Source: Candidatus Rifleibacteriota bacterium (GTDB lineage: Bacteria; Muiribacteriota; Ozemobacteria; Ozemobacterales; Ozemobacteraceae). Taken from it: 64,000 nt of DNA. Made by a program: the position numbers and the translations under genes. Below are positions 49,835 to 60,021 of the stretch, in pieces (the stretch's first letter is position 1; each line of letters begins with the position of its first letter). The notes beneath the pieces were generated by a model. It saw only the letters and a program-made list of their open reading frames with translations, had not been told where the DNA came from and ran no database searches. The stretch spans positions 3,086-67,085 of the forward strand of contig JAQVCG010000002.1 of the NCBI GenBank assembly GCA_028689875.1, in the 5' to 3' direction.

Positions 49835-50193
49835 TGATTTATCGTAAAGGTATAACTCTTGTTGAAATTTTAATTGCCGCTAGTTTGTGCGCTTTTATGC
49901 TTGTTTCAATAAATAAGCTAGCCGGAAATCTGAATAATACATTGAAAAAAACTGATAAAAACTCAGTTGCGATATTTATGATAGAAAGTATAAAAAACAA
50001 GGTAAAAGCTGACCTATCGAGTGGAATGGTTACATATGATGCTATAAATCCTGATATTACACAATTTACAAATTCAAAAGATTGGCACATCAAAGTAATA
50101 AAAAGAGAACAAAATGGAGTTAAATTAGTATTATTCAATAAAGATCTGTATTCCGGTTTAGTATATGAATTTGGAGTTTTTGAAAATGAATAG
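49834..50193 (+). CDS. prepilin-type pseudopilin
   Basis: TAATG-coupled start at 49834; RKG|ITLVEILIAASL. Confidence 0.85.
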   Translation: MIYRKGITLVEILIAASLCAFMLVSINKLAGNLNNTLKKTDKNSVAIFMIESIKNKVKADLSSGMVTYDAINPDITQFTNSKDWHIKVIKREQNGVKLVLFNKDLYSGLVYEFGVFENE

Positions 50194-50599
50194 AAGAGCT
50201 TTTACTCTTATAGAAATGATGATTGTGATTGCATTGATGGCGATAATAATCACTTTTGTGCATATCGGCAACACCGGATTTATGACAAATATTTCACAGA
50301 AAAATGAAATAATTAAGAATAACGATAATTTAGCCTCCTTTTATTTATACATGAAAACTCAATTAAAAAATTGTGATTCAGTTATCTTTGCTGATGAATA
50401 TATTGTAAAGTTTAAGCCGGATATAGTATTAAGAAGTCTTAATAATGGGCATTCTGTAGAATTTAATGACAAATTGTTCGTTTTTGGCAATAACTACAAA
50501 ATTTGGGGATATGAGAAAGTTGATGAAAACACCTTCTCAATGCAGTTTAGCAATGTTAATGAAAATATCAGAGTGTTTTGGAGAGTAGGAAATGAATAA
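50186..50599 (+). CDS. prepilin-type pseudopilin
   Basis: Start at ATG 50186; RRA|FTLIEMMIVIALMAII. Confidence 0.87.
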   Translation: MNRRAFTLIEMMIVIALMAIIITFVHIGNTGFMTNISQKNEIIKNNDNLASFYLYMKTQLKNCDSVIFADEYIVKFKPDIVLRSLNNGHSVEFNDKLFVFGNNYKIWGYEKVDENTFSMQFSNVNENIRVFWRVGNE

Positions 50600-50828
50600 C
50601 ATAAATAAACGTAAAGGATTCGTTCTCTTCTTAACCTTTTCTTTTGGTATATTTCTATTGTATTCTGCTTTTTCAGTAAGTTTTAATGACGTAGTGGCTT
50701 TGTGTAGAAAACAAAACCACTGCCTCGACTTGGCAGGAAGAATTAAAAATAGTGAAGCTAAAACTACTTTTATAGATCTTTCAGACTCCGAGTGTGAAAT
50801 TCAAAACAAATATGACAGCAACAGATAA
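50592..50828 (+). CDS. small pilin-like protein lacking Glu5 (ComGG/PilX/GspK-like)
   Basis: KRKG|FVLFLTFSFGIFLL; 78 aa. Confidence 0.6.
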   Translation: MNNINKRKGFVLFLTFSFGIFLLYSAFSVSFNDVVALCRKQNHCLDLAGRIKNSEAKTTFIDLSDSECEIQNKYDSNR

Positions 50829-52716
50829 TTTGGACAACCTGCTTTACAAAGGAAAAACATTGGTCGCACTGACTCAAATGCTTGAGGAAGGGGCAGTGTG
50901 CGATGAAGATGTTTTGTTGTCGCTTTTTCAAGCTATAGATGATGATTTTTTATTGTGCAAATTTTTTGAACTGATTTCATCGCAAAATATTCAAAAAGGT
51001 ACTCAGTTGGCTGCAAAGTATCTGAACCACCCAAATCCAAGAGTTAGGGCTAACGCAATAGAAGTTGTCGCATTAGATATAAAGCCCCATTTAAGTAGGC
51101 TCCTAGATTTGGCAAACGATAAAAACAACCGTGTTGCAATAAATGCAATTATTGCACTTCAAAAGCATCCGGTTAAAAAAATGGATGAACTGATTAGTAA
51201 TCTGATTTATAAAACGCGTTCTGATTATAGTTTTAGTCTTTTGTACTTAATTGATAAATTGCCAAATTTCAACAAAATAGGGCTGCTTAATAAGCTGTTG
51301 TATGTACATAATCCGCATGTGAGAGACTTAGTATATGCTAAACTAAAAAAGCTCGAGAATAACGGTAATCAAAACGCTGCCAGGATAAGAAAAAATGTTG
51401 ATTCCCAAATTTTGATGCACCAAAATAGAAAGGATTTTTTTAGAAATACCTTAGATGATTTAATGGCATCATTTATTGATAGGTTTCAAGAAACTGATTT
51501 TTGCCAAGAAGAAATAAAAAGGTCAAAAGACCCTTTTGTTGAAAGAGAGGCAATCAAGAAGATACTAGATAAAGTTTCAATCGCTGATGTTGCTGATACC
51601 GGAACTCTTGAGAATATTAAATATATAGACTCTGATATAGAATTCTTAAACAATTTTTTGATTGCTTCTAAAAATAATTTTTCAAATTCAGAAGCTTTTA
51701 ATAAGGTCTTAATACGAATTGCTGAACAAGAGCTCGCAATATTAGAACAAAGGAAAAATTTCGCATTAACTTGTGCTATTTACGATTTATTTAAACCTGA
51801 TTATTCTGAAAAAAAAGAGGTTATATCAATTAAACCTGATTTAGCTTATTTAAAAGCTATAGTGTGGTCATATGTACCTGAAGAAGAATTCTCTGTTTTG
51901 CCGGGAAGAGAATTGTCGGTAATAGATATATTTACTCTTACAATGAATCTTTATCAAAAACATATTTGGGATTTTAGTGTTATAACATTTGAATATTTTT
52001 TAAAAGCAGCCATCTGGATTGGTTCAATTTTTGCTGCTTTTTATCTTATTCATCAATATATATTTCTTATATTTATTCCCGTTATATTGTTTTTTGTTGT
52101 TGTTTTTAAATGTTTAAAGCTTTTTATTGCATGGCAAATTTCTATCGTTCTGATGTTGCAAGATTTTGTACACGGTAGACCATACAATAAATCAGAAGTT
52201 TCTAATTCTGTATCAGAAATATTTACAACTGTTTATTATGTTGCTCAAGAAAAATATAAGCGCTTATTTTTATATGGTATCTTATTCACCGTTTTGGCCA
52301 AAGTCCTCTCTTTTGCTACACCGGCTTTTAGCATTGAAACAACAATGTATTCATTTATGAATTGGTTGGTTAATATTTCTTTCATCGTATTAACCAGTTG
52401 GCAAACCTTTAAGCTGCTTTTGGTTGAACCAATCGCTGTTATTGCTCCAAAATTCGATGCTTTTAAGACATCATTTGAGTTTTTTAACGAAAATAAACCA
52501 AAACTTATATTATTGTTTCTGATAGGTACTTTTTTGAGCAGCGCTGTTACGAACACTTCAGGACAGATTATGGATTTCTTGCCTTTCGGTTCATATCAAC
52601 TCTTTCTTAAATTGGTTCTTGTAATAGTTTCTAATCTGTTTTTGTCTCCGATTATTTTAAGTAATATGACAATATATTGTCTAATCAAATTTAAGAATTA
52701 TGAAGAAAAAATTTGA
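50812..52716 (+). CDS. HEAT-repeat protein with multi-pass C-terminal membrane domain
   Basis: YLNHPNPRVRANAIE, LANDKNNRVAINAIIAL, HNPHVRD; about six hydrophobic segments in the last ~230 aa. Confidence 0.75.
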   Translation: MTATDNLDNLLYKGKTLVALTQMLEEGAVCDEDVLLSLFQAIDDDFLLCKFFELISSQNIQKGTQLAAKYLNHPNPRVRANAIEVVALDIKPHLSRLLDLANDKNNRVAINAIIALQKHPVKKMDELISNLIYKTRSDYSFSLLYLIDKLPNFNKIGLLNKLLYVHNPHVRDLVYAKLKKLENNGNQNAARIRKNVDSQILMHQNRKDFFRNTLDDLMASFIDRFQETDFCQEEIKRSKDPFVEREAIKKILDKVSIADVADTGTLENIKYIDSDIEFLNNFLIASKNNFSNSEAFNKVLIRIAEQELAILEQRKNFALTCAIYDLFKPDYSEKKEVISIKPDLAYLKAIVWSYVPEEEFSVLPGRELSVIDIFTLTMNLYQKHIWDFSVITFEYFLKAAIWIGSIFAAFYLIHQYIFLIFIPVILFFVVVFKCLKLFIAWQISIVLMLQDFVHGRPYNKSEVSNSVSEIFTTVYYVAQEKYKRLFLYGILFTVLAKVLSFATPAFSIETTMYSFMNWLVNISFIVLTSWQTFKLLLVEPIAVIAPKFDAFKTSFEFFNENKPKLILLFLIGTFLSSAVTNTSGQIMDFLPFGSYQLFLKLVLVIVSNLFLSPIILSNMTIYCLIKFKNYEEKI

Positions 52717-52728
52717 GCTGTAAATTGA

Positions 52729-53535
52729 TTATTTAGCTCTTTCGGGGATCAAAAACTTTAATATTAAAGCTAAAGTCAGACCGGTTAAAAAACCAATAAT
52801 ATGGCAATCAAATGCTACTCCACCAAGTAAAGGGTTGGTATTGTTTGCTTGCAACGCATTTATAAGTAAGTAAAAACCTAATACAACAAATGCCGGTACA
52901 TCAATTCGCCTAATAAAAAACCAAATTGGACAGAAAAAACTGGTAATAAGGTTTTTGGGGAAAAAAGCCATGTAAGCACCCATAATGCCACTTATTGCGC
53001 CACTCGCTCCCACCAGTGGAACTGTGGATTCAGGATTCAAATAAGCATGACCAATTCCTGAAATAGCACCCACAACTAAATAGAAAATAAGATAGCCTAT
53101 TTTACCCAGCCTCTCTTCAACGTTATCTGAGAAAATCCAAAAAAACCACATGTTAGATAATAAATGATCTAAACTTCCGTGTAAAAAACAAAATAATAAA
53201 GGCATTAACCAAATGATTATAGAATTAGTTTTAACTTTCAAAAATCCCAACAATTTTGCATCGTTTTCATTTTTAATACTTTCATTATATTCTTTCTCGT
53301 CAATTGAACGATTGATAAAATACTCTGTTTTGCCGTTAATATAAACTTCAGGCACTAACCCGTATTTATTGTTAAAGTTTGCTAATTTATAAATGCCAAT
53401 TGGAGATTTTTCCGGAGCTGAACCGATAATAGCCTGATAAGTGAATATTAGAAAACAAAATCCAATAATCCAATATGTTATTATCGGTTTACAGCTGATC
53501 TTTGAGTTCTTGTTGTCATGTACCGGAACGAACAT
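52729..53535 (-). CDS. rhomboid intramembrane serine protease
   Basis: FLHGSLDHLLSNMW, DNVEERLG, catalytic GASGAISG, CHIIGF. Confidence 0.92.
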   Translation of the reverse strand: MFVPVHDNKNSKISCKPIITYWIIGFCFLIFTYQAIIGSAPEKSPIGIYKLANFNNKYGLVPEVYINGKTEYFINRSIDEKEYNESIKNENDAKLLGFLKVKTNSIIIWLMPLLFCFLHGSLDHLLSNMWFFWIFSDNVEERLGKIGYLIFYLVVGAISGIGHAYLNPESTVPLVGASGAISGIMGAYMAFFPKNLITSFFCPIWFFIRRIDVPAFVVLGFYLLINALQANNTNPLLGGVAFDCHIIGFLTGLTLALILKFLIPERAK

Positions 53536-53536
53536 A

Positions 53537-55615
53537 TTATGTCCCAGAATTTAGTGAATGTCGCAAAAGAGCTTTTGTGTTTGATTCTCTACCGCGGAAC
53601 AATTTGAAAACTTCTGCAGGATGTAAGCTTCCACCCAAAGCCAGAACAGTGTTTCTGTATTTTCGACCTGTTGCTTTAATTGCTTCTTCATTGTCTATTC
53701 CGGCTTCTTCAAATGCAGCAAAAGCATCGGCACTTAATACTTCCGCCCATTTATAAGAGTAATAGCCTGCTGCATAGCCGCCTGCAAAAATATGGTTGAA
53801 GGATGCTAAAAACTTATCGTCTGCATAAGGCTTTACTATGCATGATTTATTGGCGATTTTCATATAAGCATCAAAAACACTTTCTGGGCCTGAAGGATCA
53901 TAATCGCTATGAAGATAAAGATCTGTCTTAGCAAATGAAATTTGCCTTTGCATTTGAAATGCAGCCCTGAATTTTTTCGCAGCTTTTAATTTTTCAAAAA
54001 GTTCATTCGGAATAGGCTCTTTGGTTTTGTAGTGTTCCGACATTTTTATCATTGTTGGCTTATTAACACACCAATTTTCCATAAACTGACTTGCTAATTC
54101 AACGGCATCCCATTCAATGCCATTTACACCGGCTGCCTCTGATTCATTAATAGTCGTTAACATGCCCTGCAATCCATGTCCAAATTCGTGAAACAAGGTA
54201 TTTACTTCAAAGAAACTCATAAGAGATGGGCGATGTTCAAGTGGTGGAGTCCCGTTGCATTCAATATATATAATCGGATTTCTAAGCTTGCCTTTGTAAA
54301 TTCTTCTGCTCGCACAAATGTTCATCCAAGCACCGCCACGTTTTTCAGATGGTCTTGAAAATGGATCTAAATAAAAGTGAGCGATCGTTTTTCCGCTTTC
54401 GTCAAAGATATCAAAAAAATCTACATTGTGGTGCCACTTAGGAATATCTGTTCGTGTAGATTTTTTGATTGAAATCCCAAAAAGTCTTTCACACAAACTA
54501 AATAAGCCTTCAATTACTTTTGGAAACGGAAAATAAGGTCTGACGTCATCTTCGGTGAAATTAAATTTTTTCTCCCGAAGTCTTTCTGCCCAGAAGGGGA
54601 TATCCCATTGCTTTAATTCTTCAGAAAAACCCGAATCAGCTGCAATTTTTTGTAATTCTAAATGTTCTTTTTCAGCGAATAGTTTTGTTTCTTTTTCCAG
54701 CTCATCAAACATCTGATAAACTTTTTGAGGCGTTTTTGCCATCTTAGTGTCTAAGCTGAATTCAGCGTAGTTTTTGTAACCCAAAAGTCTTGCTAATTCA
54801 CTTCTGAGGGTTAATATTTCTGTTATAAGTTTTATGTTGTCAGTTTCATCGGAAGTTGCACGGTTTACAAAAGCATTATAAACTTTAAACCTTAGATCTC
54901 TGTTTTTGCAGTTTTGCATAAATGGCTGGAAGCTTGGGTGATCTAAAGTGACGCTCCAAGGGCCAGAATCGGGCGTGGATTCTTTTGAATTATGCTTTTC
55001 GTTATAAGTTTGAGACGCCAGCATTTTAAGTGCTTTCGGCCAGCCGTCCGCATCTGCCGGGCTACTAACTATTAATTCAAATTTTTTTGTGGAATCTAGT
55101 ACATTATTGGAAAAATCACTGCCTAGTCTTTCAAGTCGATTAAATATTTCGTTAAAGCGCTTTTTTTCTTTTCCCTCAAGTGCAATGCCGGCTTGTTCAG
55201 CAAGTTTTATCTTTGTGTCAATAACTCTCTTCTTTGCATTATTGTAGGAGCTATACTCTTTGGTTTGTTTTATTTGCTTTAAACCTTCATATATTGGTTT
55301 ACTTTGAGACATTTGGAGAGTTAATTCAACAAACTCAGGCATACATTCCTGCAAAGCTTTTCTTAATTCACTTGAGTTTTTAACACTGATAAGGTGTTCT
55401 AATACCCCCCAAGTATATTCTAAAGGAACTTCTAAGTCTTCCAATGGCTTACATAAGCCTTCCCAGGTTAGAATTATATTCTTTTCTATTTTTGCCAATT
55501 CTTCTTTTATTTCGCTAAAGGTTTTCTTTAGGGCCGGAACAAAGTGCTCTGGTTTGATAAGGTCGAAGCGCGGAAGGTCTTCTCTGAGCATGAGAGGATT
55601 ATTTTGAAGTGACAT
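53537..55615 (-). CDS. prlC: oligopeptidase A (M3 family), copy 2
   Basis: KRGGAWM, FHEFGH, WDAVELASQFMENW, HIFAGGYAAGYYSYKWAEVL; same length (692 aa) as copy 1. Confidence 0.95.
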   Translation of the reverse strand: MSLQNNPLMLREDLPRFDLIKPEHFVPALKKTFSEIKEELAKIEKNIILTWEGLCKPLEDLEVPLEYTWGVLEHLISVKNSSELRKALQECMPEFVELTLQMSQSKPIYEGLKQIKQTKEYSSYNNAKKRVIDTKIKLAEQAGIALEGKEKKRFNEIFNRLERLGSDFSNNVLDSTKKFELIVSSPADADGWPKALKMLASQTYNEKHNSKESTPDSGPWSVTLDHPSFQPFMQNCKNRDLRFKVYNAFVNRATSDETDNIKLITEILTLRSELARLLGYKNYAEFSLDTKMAKTPQKVYQMFDELEKETKLFAEKEHLELQKIAADSGFSEELKQWDIPFWAERLREKKFNFTEDDVRPYFPFPKVIEGLFSLCERLFGISIKKSTRTDIPKWHHNVDFFDIFDESGKTIAHFYLDPFSRPSEKRGGAWMNICASRRIYKGKLRNPIIYIECNGTPPLEHRPSLMSFFEVNTLFHEFGHGLQGMLTTINESEAAGVNGIEWDAVELASQFMENWCVNKPTMIKMSEHYKTKEPIPNELFEKLKAAKKFRAAFQMQRQISFAKTDLYLHSDYDPSGPESVFDAYMKIANKSCIVKPYADDKFLASFNHIFAGGYAAGYYSYKWAEVLSADAFAAFEEAGIDNEEAIKATGRKYRNTVLALGGSLHPAEVFKLFRGRESNTKALLRHSLNSGT

Positions 55616-55714
55616 ACAAATTCCTTTCCTTAATCCATTTTATATTTGAAGATTAGTATATCACAAAATATATTTTAGTGTTATTCTAAAAGAAGCAAAC
55701 TAAAGGAGTAGAAA

Positions 55715-55951
55715 ATGGGCTCAATTTTTGTTCTGACTGGAACATTAATGCTAATGTACAGCTTGATAATAATAGTTGGGGAAAGCTTAAAAGATGATTT
55801 GTTTAATGGTATCGCAGCATTATTGCTATACCCGATTTTTGTCTTCTACTATCCCTTATCTATAAACTATAAAAAAGGCCACAGAGCAATGTTTATTGGT
55901 ATCTGTGGCTTTTTAGTTCTTATTATTGGTCGAATAATCGGCCTAGAATAA
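55715..55951 (+). CDS. small membrane protein
   Basis: RBS AAGGAG; upstream TGtTATTCT; three hydrophobic segments in 78 aa. Confidence 0.7.
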   Translation: MGSIFVLTGTLMLMYSLIIIVGESLKDDLFNGIAALLLYPIFVFYYPLSINYKKGHRAMFIGICGFLVLIIGRIIGLE

Positions 55952-55954
55952 CAT

Positions 55955-58075
55955 TTAAAATTTTATCCCTAAGATTTTAAATATGAATGAATATTCGAAA
56001 GCTATTTCTTTAAGGTAATCATATCTGCCGGAGGCACCGGAATGACCGGCCTTCATATTTGTTTTAAGTATAAGTGCGTTGCTGTCGGTTTTTAATTCTC
56101 GCAATTTTGCCGTAAACTTTGCCGGTTCCCAATACGAAACCCTTGGATCATTAAGTCCTGCTGTTATTAACATGTTAGGGTAGTTTTGCTTGACAATATT
56201 GTTATAGGGCGAGTAAGAAAGAATATAATCAAAGTAGTCTTTATCATTTGGGTTTCCCCATTCTTCATATTCTTCTTTTACTAGCGGTAAAGACGGATCA
56301 AGCATTGTATTTATAACGTCAACAAAAGGAACGTCTGCAACTACGATTTTAAATAGATCAGGACGGGCATTAACAACAGCACCCATTAAAAGACCGCCTG
56401 CGCTGCCTCCGTTTATGACTAATTTATCCTTTGATGTATAACCGTTTTCGATAAGAAGTTTTGCACAAGTTATAAAATCATTGAATGTGTTCTTTTTCTT
56501 TAATAGTTTTCCATCGTTGTACCAAGGCCTTCCAAGTTCTTGTCCTCCTCTTATATGTGCGATAGCATAAATAAACCCACGATTCAGAAGTGATAATCTT
56601 ATAGAAGAAAAATAAGGGTCAGATGATACGCCATATGCTCCATATGAGGTGAGATACAAAGGGAAAGTTTCTAGTTTATATTTTTTTGCTAATTCTTTGT
56701 GGTATACCAAAGATATCGGAATAGCCATGCCGTCATCTGCACGAGCATAAATTCTTTCTGCTCTATAGTTCGATGGGGAGAAGTTTTTGTCTAACACTTC
56801 ATTTTGTTTTAACAAAATTGACTTCTTATTATTAAAATCATATTCAAACACTGAGTCCGGAGTTGTGAGAGATTGGTAGTGATATCTTAATACATTTGTT
56901 TTAAATTCAGGGTTTGCGCTTAAGTAGAAACTGTATACGGCTTCATCAAATGTAATTTCTTGAAATGATTGATTTGCTATTTCGTAGTATTTAAGTCTTT
57001 TTAAACCATTTTCAACTTCAGTAATAATTAAATGATCTTCAAATTCTTCAAAATCTTCTATCATTACGCCACTTCGAGCCGGTATAAATTCTTGCCATTT
57101 ATTATGAGCGGGCTCTTCAACTTTTGTTTTCATTACTTTAAAGTTGATTGCGTTTTCGTTAGTGATAATATAAAAATAGCCCTTATGATGAATCAGACCA
57201 TATTCAATGTCTTTGCGCCTTGGAGAAAAAATTAAAAATTCTCCGGTCGGGGTTAAAGCGTCTAAATATCTTGATTCTGATGTTCCTGAACTTGAAGATG
57301 ATATTATTAGATATTTTCTGTCTCTGCTTTTTTCTATTCCAACCCAGAATTGTCCATCATTTTCTTCATAAACGGTAACATCTTCTGAAATATCAGACCC
57401 AATTATATGCCTGACTATTTTATATGCGCGCCCGGTTTTATCCGGAAGTGTGTAAAAAACTGTCTTATTGTCTTCTGCCCATTGTATTCCGTATGTGGTT
57501 GAAGATATTGTTTCGGGATATAACTCGCCGGTTATTACATTCTTGAATGCTAACTCAAACTTTTCTGAACCGCTAAGATCAATTGAATAAGCTAAAATAT
57601 CATGCTTTGGGCTAATACTTAAGCCGCCCAAAGCAAAATAAGGTTTGTCCTGTGCATATTCATTTTCATCAAATAAAACTTCTTCAAGAGAATCATTGCC
57701 TATTTTTTTTCTGCAATGGATTTCATACTGTTTTCCGGCTTCTGTTTTGGTGTAATACAAGTATTCATCGACTTTTTGAGGAACAGATAAATCAGATTCT
57801 TTTATTCTGCTTTTCATTTCTTCAAATAGTAATTCTTGAATGTTTTCAGTATCTTTCATGAAATCTTGTGCATAGTTATTTTCATCAATCAAATACTGCA
57901 TAACATCTTTGTCACTTCTATCTCTGAGCCAAAAATAATCGTCTGATAACTCAATACCATGCACTAACTTTTTGTTTGGTATTTTTTTCGCCCTCGGAGG
58001 CTGAAATGCATTAATAACGGAATTGCTCACAAGAATAATGCTTAATACTAAAAGTAAAATTGCCTGTATTTTCAT
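55955..58075 (-). CDS. ptrB: oligopeptidase B (S9A) with N-terminal signal peptide
   Basis: DDYFWLRD, YGAYG, AHIRGG, catalytic GGSAGG, EEWGNP, DPRVSYWEPAK, AGHSG; leader MKIQAILLLVLSIILVSNSVINA. Confidence 0.93.
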   Translation of the reverse strand: MKIQAILLLVLSIILVSNSVINAFQPPRAKKIPNKKLVHGIELSDDYFWLRDRSDKDVMQYLIDENNYAQDFMKDTENIQELLFEEMKSRIKESDLSVPQKVDEYLYYTKTEAGKQYEIHCRKKIGNDSLEEVLFDENEYAQDKPYFALGGLSISPKHDILAYSIDLSGSEKFELAFKNVITGELYPETISSTTYGIQWAEDNKTVFYTLPDKTGRAYKIVRHIIGSDISEDVTVYEENDGQFWVGIEKSRDRKYLIISSSSSGTSESRYLDALTPTGEFLIFSPRRKDIEYGLIHHKGYFYIITNENAINFKVMKTKVEEPAHNKWQEFIPARSGVMIEDFEEFEDHLIITEVENGLKRLKYYEIANQSFQEITFDEAVYSFYLSANPEFKTNVLRYHYQSLTTPDSVFEYDFNNKKSILLKQNEVLDKNFSPSNYRAERIYARADDGMAIPISLVYHKELAKKYKLETFPLYLTSYGAYGVSSDPYFSSIRLSLLNRGFIYAIAHIRGGQELGRPWYNDGKLLKKKNTFNDFITCAKLLIENGYTSKDKLVINGGSAGGLLMGAVVNARPDLFKIVVADVPFVDVINTMLDPSLPLVKEEYEEWGNPNDKDYFDYILSYSPYNNIVKQNYPNMLITAGLNDPRVSYWEPAKFTAKLRELKTDSNALILKTNMKAGHSGASGRYDYLKEIAFEYSFIFKILGIKF

Positions 58076-58083
58076 TTGTCTTA

Positions 58084-59982
58084 TTACTCCAAGTAGGTAT
58101 AGCCATACAGACCGGAACGATAAATTGCCAAAAACTCTTTTCCTTCGTTAACAGTAATTTTCCCTTCTTTTACTGATGCAGAAACCCAAGTTTCCATCGT
58201 TCTTACTAGTTTTTTTGCACTGAACTGAACATAGTCTAAAACGTCAGAGACAGTTTCTCCCTCAATGATTTTATCAATATTAAATGAGCCATCATTGTTT
58301 TGGGTAATGTGTACGGCATTTGTGTCACCAAAAAGATTATGCATGTCTCCTAAAATTTCTTGATAAGCTCCAACGAGAAAAACGCCAAGGTAATAAGATT
58401 CGTAAATTTTAAGTGAGTGAAGAGGAAGACATGGATTAAAAGTTCTGTTTCCGATAAATCGATCTATTTTACCGTCAGAATCACAGGTAATGTCTTGTAA
58501 AGTTGCATTCTGGGTTGGTTTTTCATCCAAGCGGTGAAGCGGTATAATTGGGAAAAGCTGATCAATTGCCCATGCATCCGGCAAGGATTGGAACAAAGAA
58601 AAATTACAGAAATATTTTTCTGCCAGAATTTTTTCTAATTGAGTTAAATCGTCAACAGCATGCTTTGAAAGTTTTGCCATATCCTTTATTTCATGGGCAA
58701 TGCTCCAAAATAGTTTTTCGACTTTTGATCTAACTATAAGGTCAAGCATTCCTAAGCTAAAAAGGTCTAACGCTTCTTCTCTTAGTTGTACGGCATCGTG
58801 CCATGCTTCAATCATTGTTAAATCTGTTAAAGAGTCTAATATGGTGTGCATGTCTCTGACGATTTCATGATCATCTTTTGTAATCTCAAACTCTTCATAA
58901 GGAGTTCTTGGAGGACAGGTTGTTTCAAGAACATTAAAAACTAATACAGAGTGATGAGCTGTTAATGCTCTGCCTGATTCAGTAATTAAATGAGGATGCG
59001 GAAAGCCATTTTTATCTGAAGCATCTTGTAGTGCTGATACCGCATCATTAGCATATTCTTGAATGCTGTAGTTTATACTGCTTGAGATTGTGGTTCGAGT
59101 GCCATCATAATCAACTCCCAAGCCGCCGCCAATATCGACATACTCAAGGTTACAGCCTAACTTTCTGAGCTGAATATAGAATTGAGCAGCTTCTTTAAGG
59201 CCTCGCTTAATTTTTCTAATATTTGTAATTTGACTTCCCAAATGGCAATGAATTAGTTTAATGCAATCAAGCATATTTTCAGACTTCATGTAGTCAACAG
59301 CCTCAATAAGCTCATTCGGGGTAAGGCCAAATTTGCTTTTATCTCCTCCCGAATCTTCCCACTTTCCACTTCCAAATGCTGCTAATTTAATTCTCATGCC
59401 CACATTGGGTTGGACTTTATGTATTTTTGAAAGCTTTACTATTAATTTTAATTCATTGAATTTTTCGGCAACAATAAATATGCGCTTTCCCATCTTAGTT
59501 GCTAGCAGTGCCAGTTCAATAAATTCTTCATCTTTGTATCCATTGCATATTAGAAGAGCATCAGGATTCTCCATTATGGCTAAAACGGCATGCAATTCAG
59601 GTTTTGAACCTGCTTCAAGACCTATATTGAATTTTTGGCCATATCTGACTATCTCTTCTACAACAGGGCGTTGTTGATTTACTTTTATCGGGTAAACAGT
59701 ATAATAGTTCCCGGAAAAATTATATTCGTTTGAGGCATTCTTAAAGCATTTTGATATTGTTTCAATTCTTTCATCAAGAATTTCAGGGAATCTAAGTAAA
59801 ACCGGGCAAGAAACATCTTTTAAGCTTAATTCATCTAAAATATCTTTGATTGCAATTGCTTTTTCGGGGTCGCGATGAGGCATTACAGTAACATTTCCGT
59901 CTTTATTTACTCCAAAATAACCAATTCCCCAACCTTCAATATTGTAAAGTTCTGAAGAATCTTCAATCCGCCATTTTCTCAT
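58084..59982 (-). CDS. speA: biosynthetic arginine decarboxylase
   Basis: VYPIKVNQQR (PLP Lys), GLEAGSKPEL, HLGSQ, DIGGGLGVDYDG, ESGRA, DITCDSDG, GAYQEILGDMHNLFG. Confidence 0.96.
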   Translation of the reverse strand: MRKWRIEDSSELYNIEGWGIGYFGVNKDGNVTVMPHRDPEKAIAIKDILDELSLKDVSCPVLLRFPEILDERIETISKCFKNASNEYNFSGNYYTVYPIKVNQQRPVVEEIVRYGQKFNIGLEAGSKPELHAVLAIMENPDALLICNGYKDEEFIELALLATKMGKRIFIVAEKFNELKLIVKLSKIHKVQPNVGMRIKLAAFGSGKWEDSGGDKSKFGLTPNELIEAVDYMKSENMLDCIKLIHCHLGSQITNIRKIKRGLKEAAQFYIQLRKLGCNLEYVDIGGGLGVDYDGTRTTISSSINYSIQEYANDAVSALQDASDKNGFPHPHLITESGRALTAHHSVLVFNVLETTCPPRTPYEEFEITKDDHEIVRDMHTILDSLTDLTMIEAWHDAVQLREEALDLFSLGMLDLIVRSKVEKLFWSIAHEIKDMAKLSKHAVDDLTQLEKILAEKYFCNFSLFQSLPDAWAIDQLFPIIPLHRLDEKPTQNATLQDITCDSDGKIDRFIGNRTFNPCLPLHSLKIYESYYLGVFLVGAYQEILGDMHNLFGDTNAVHITQNNDGSFNIDKIIEGETVSDVLDYVQFSAKKLVRTMETWVSASVKEGKITVNEGKEFLAIYRSGLYGYTYLE

Positions 59983-60021
59983 CGCAAACCTCCATAAAAT
60001 TATTCACAAACTGAGGCTAAC

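Noticed and set aside
44296..55615. prlC copies as an assembly duplication or as direct repeats of a mobile element
   Set aside because: The sequences differ extensively at nucleotide and amino-acid level, and no integrase or transposase lies between them
25752..55615. GC-skew inversion marking the replication terminus
   Set aside because: Spot counts were C-rich near 43-44 kb but G-rich again at 46 and 54-55 kb; not resolvable by eye
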